In this document: in pieces, positions 63,801-64,000 of the stretch
Numbering within the stretch: the stretch's first letter is position 1
Layout of the letters: every line of letters begins with the position of its first letter
DNA from: Epiperipatus broadwayi
Taxonomy: Eukaryota > Animalia > Onychophora
Reading direction: 5' to 3'
Assembly: GCA_028023455.1 (NCBI GenBank)
Contig: JAQFVV010000001.1
Location: forward strand, 30,504,001 to 30,568,000
DNA: 64,000 bases
Program-made: the position numbers and the translations under genes
Notes under the pieces: model-generated
What the model was told of the DNA's origin: nothing
The model's database searches: none
Seen by the model: only the letters and a program-made list of their open reading frames with translations

Positions 63801-64000
63801 TAACCTATGCCCTCAAGTAACCAATGTTCTTAACTCATGATTTGGTACAATATATATAATTATAAATCAGTTGACATGAAGCTTGCAACAAAAAACATTA
63901 AGAATTTTTTTTAAATTAGAATTCAGTGGAAAAAAAGTAAGATGAGAAGAACAATTAATCCATAATTTTCCTTCTTATTACAAATGTAAGGCTTCTACTT

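Noticed and set aside
1-64000. CRISPR arrays, rRNA genes or prokaryotic operons
   Set aside because: No regularly spaced repeat-spacer array or rRNA motif was seen; spliceosomal exon borders, LINEs and retrocopies indicate a eukaryotic locus.

Overview
AT-rich, CpG-poor eukaryotic (probably invertebrate) genomic DNA, almost all intronic or intergenic and full of mobile-element debris. I recognise one intact host exon: a tankyrase PARP-domain exon at 60687-60843 (+) with AG/GT borders. Young retroelements: a near-complete Penelope-like element (PLE; RT + C-terminal GIY-YIG, 22843-25599) with ~98.5% identical pseudo-LTRs, and a full-length RTE LINE (49687-52979) with a 10-bp target-site duplication (TSD). 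Older features: a decayed Tx1/L1-type LINE composite nested in an hAT element (11704-18104), two hAT MITEs, a piggyBac-type MITE, a Chapaev-like relic, a probable solo LTR, retrocopies of NUP50 and HECTD1, and a retroposed tRNA-Gly. Best leads: (i) a minimal type-I hammerhead fold in both PLE pseudo-LTRs with the C3-G8 core pair replaced by A3-U8; (ii) an HDV-like ribozyme fold exactly at the RTE 5' end with the catalytic C changed to T; (iii) a 662-bp non-coding inverted-plus-tandem insertion with a perfect 12-bp TSD. All homology calls and folds were made by eye from remembered family motifs; no searches or folding programs were run, and boundaries of decayed features are approximate.
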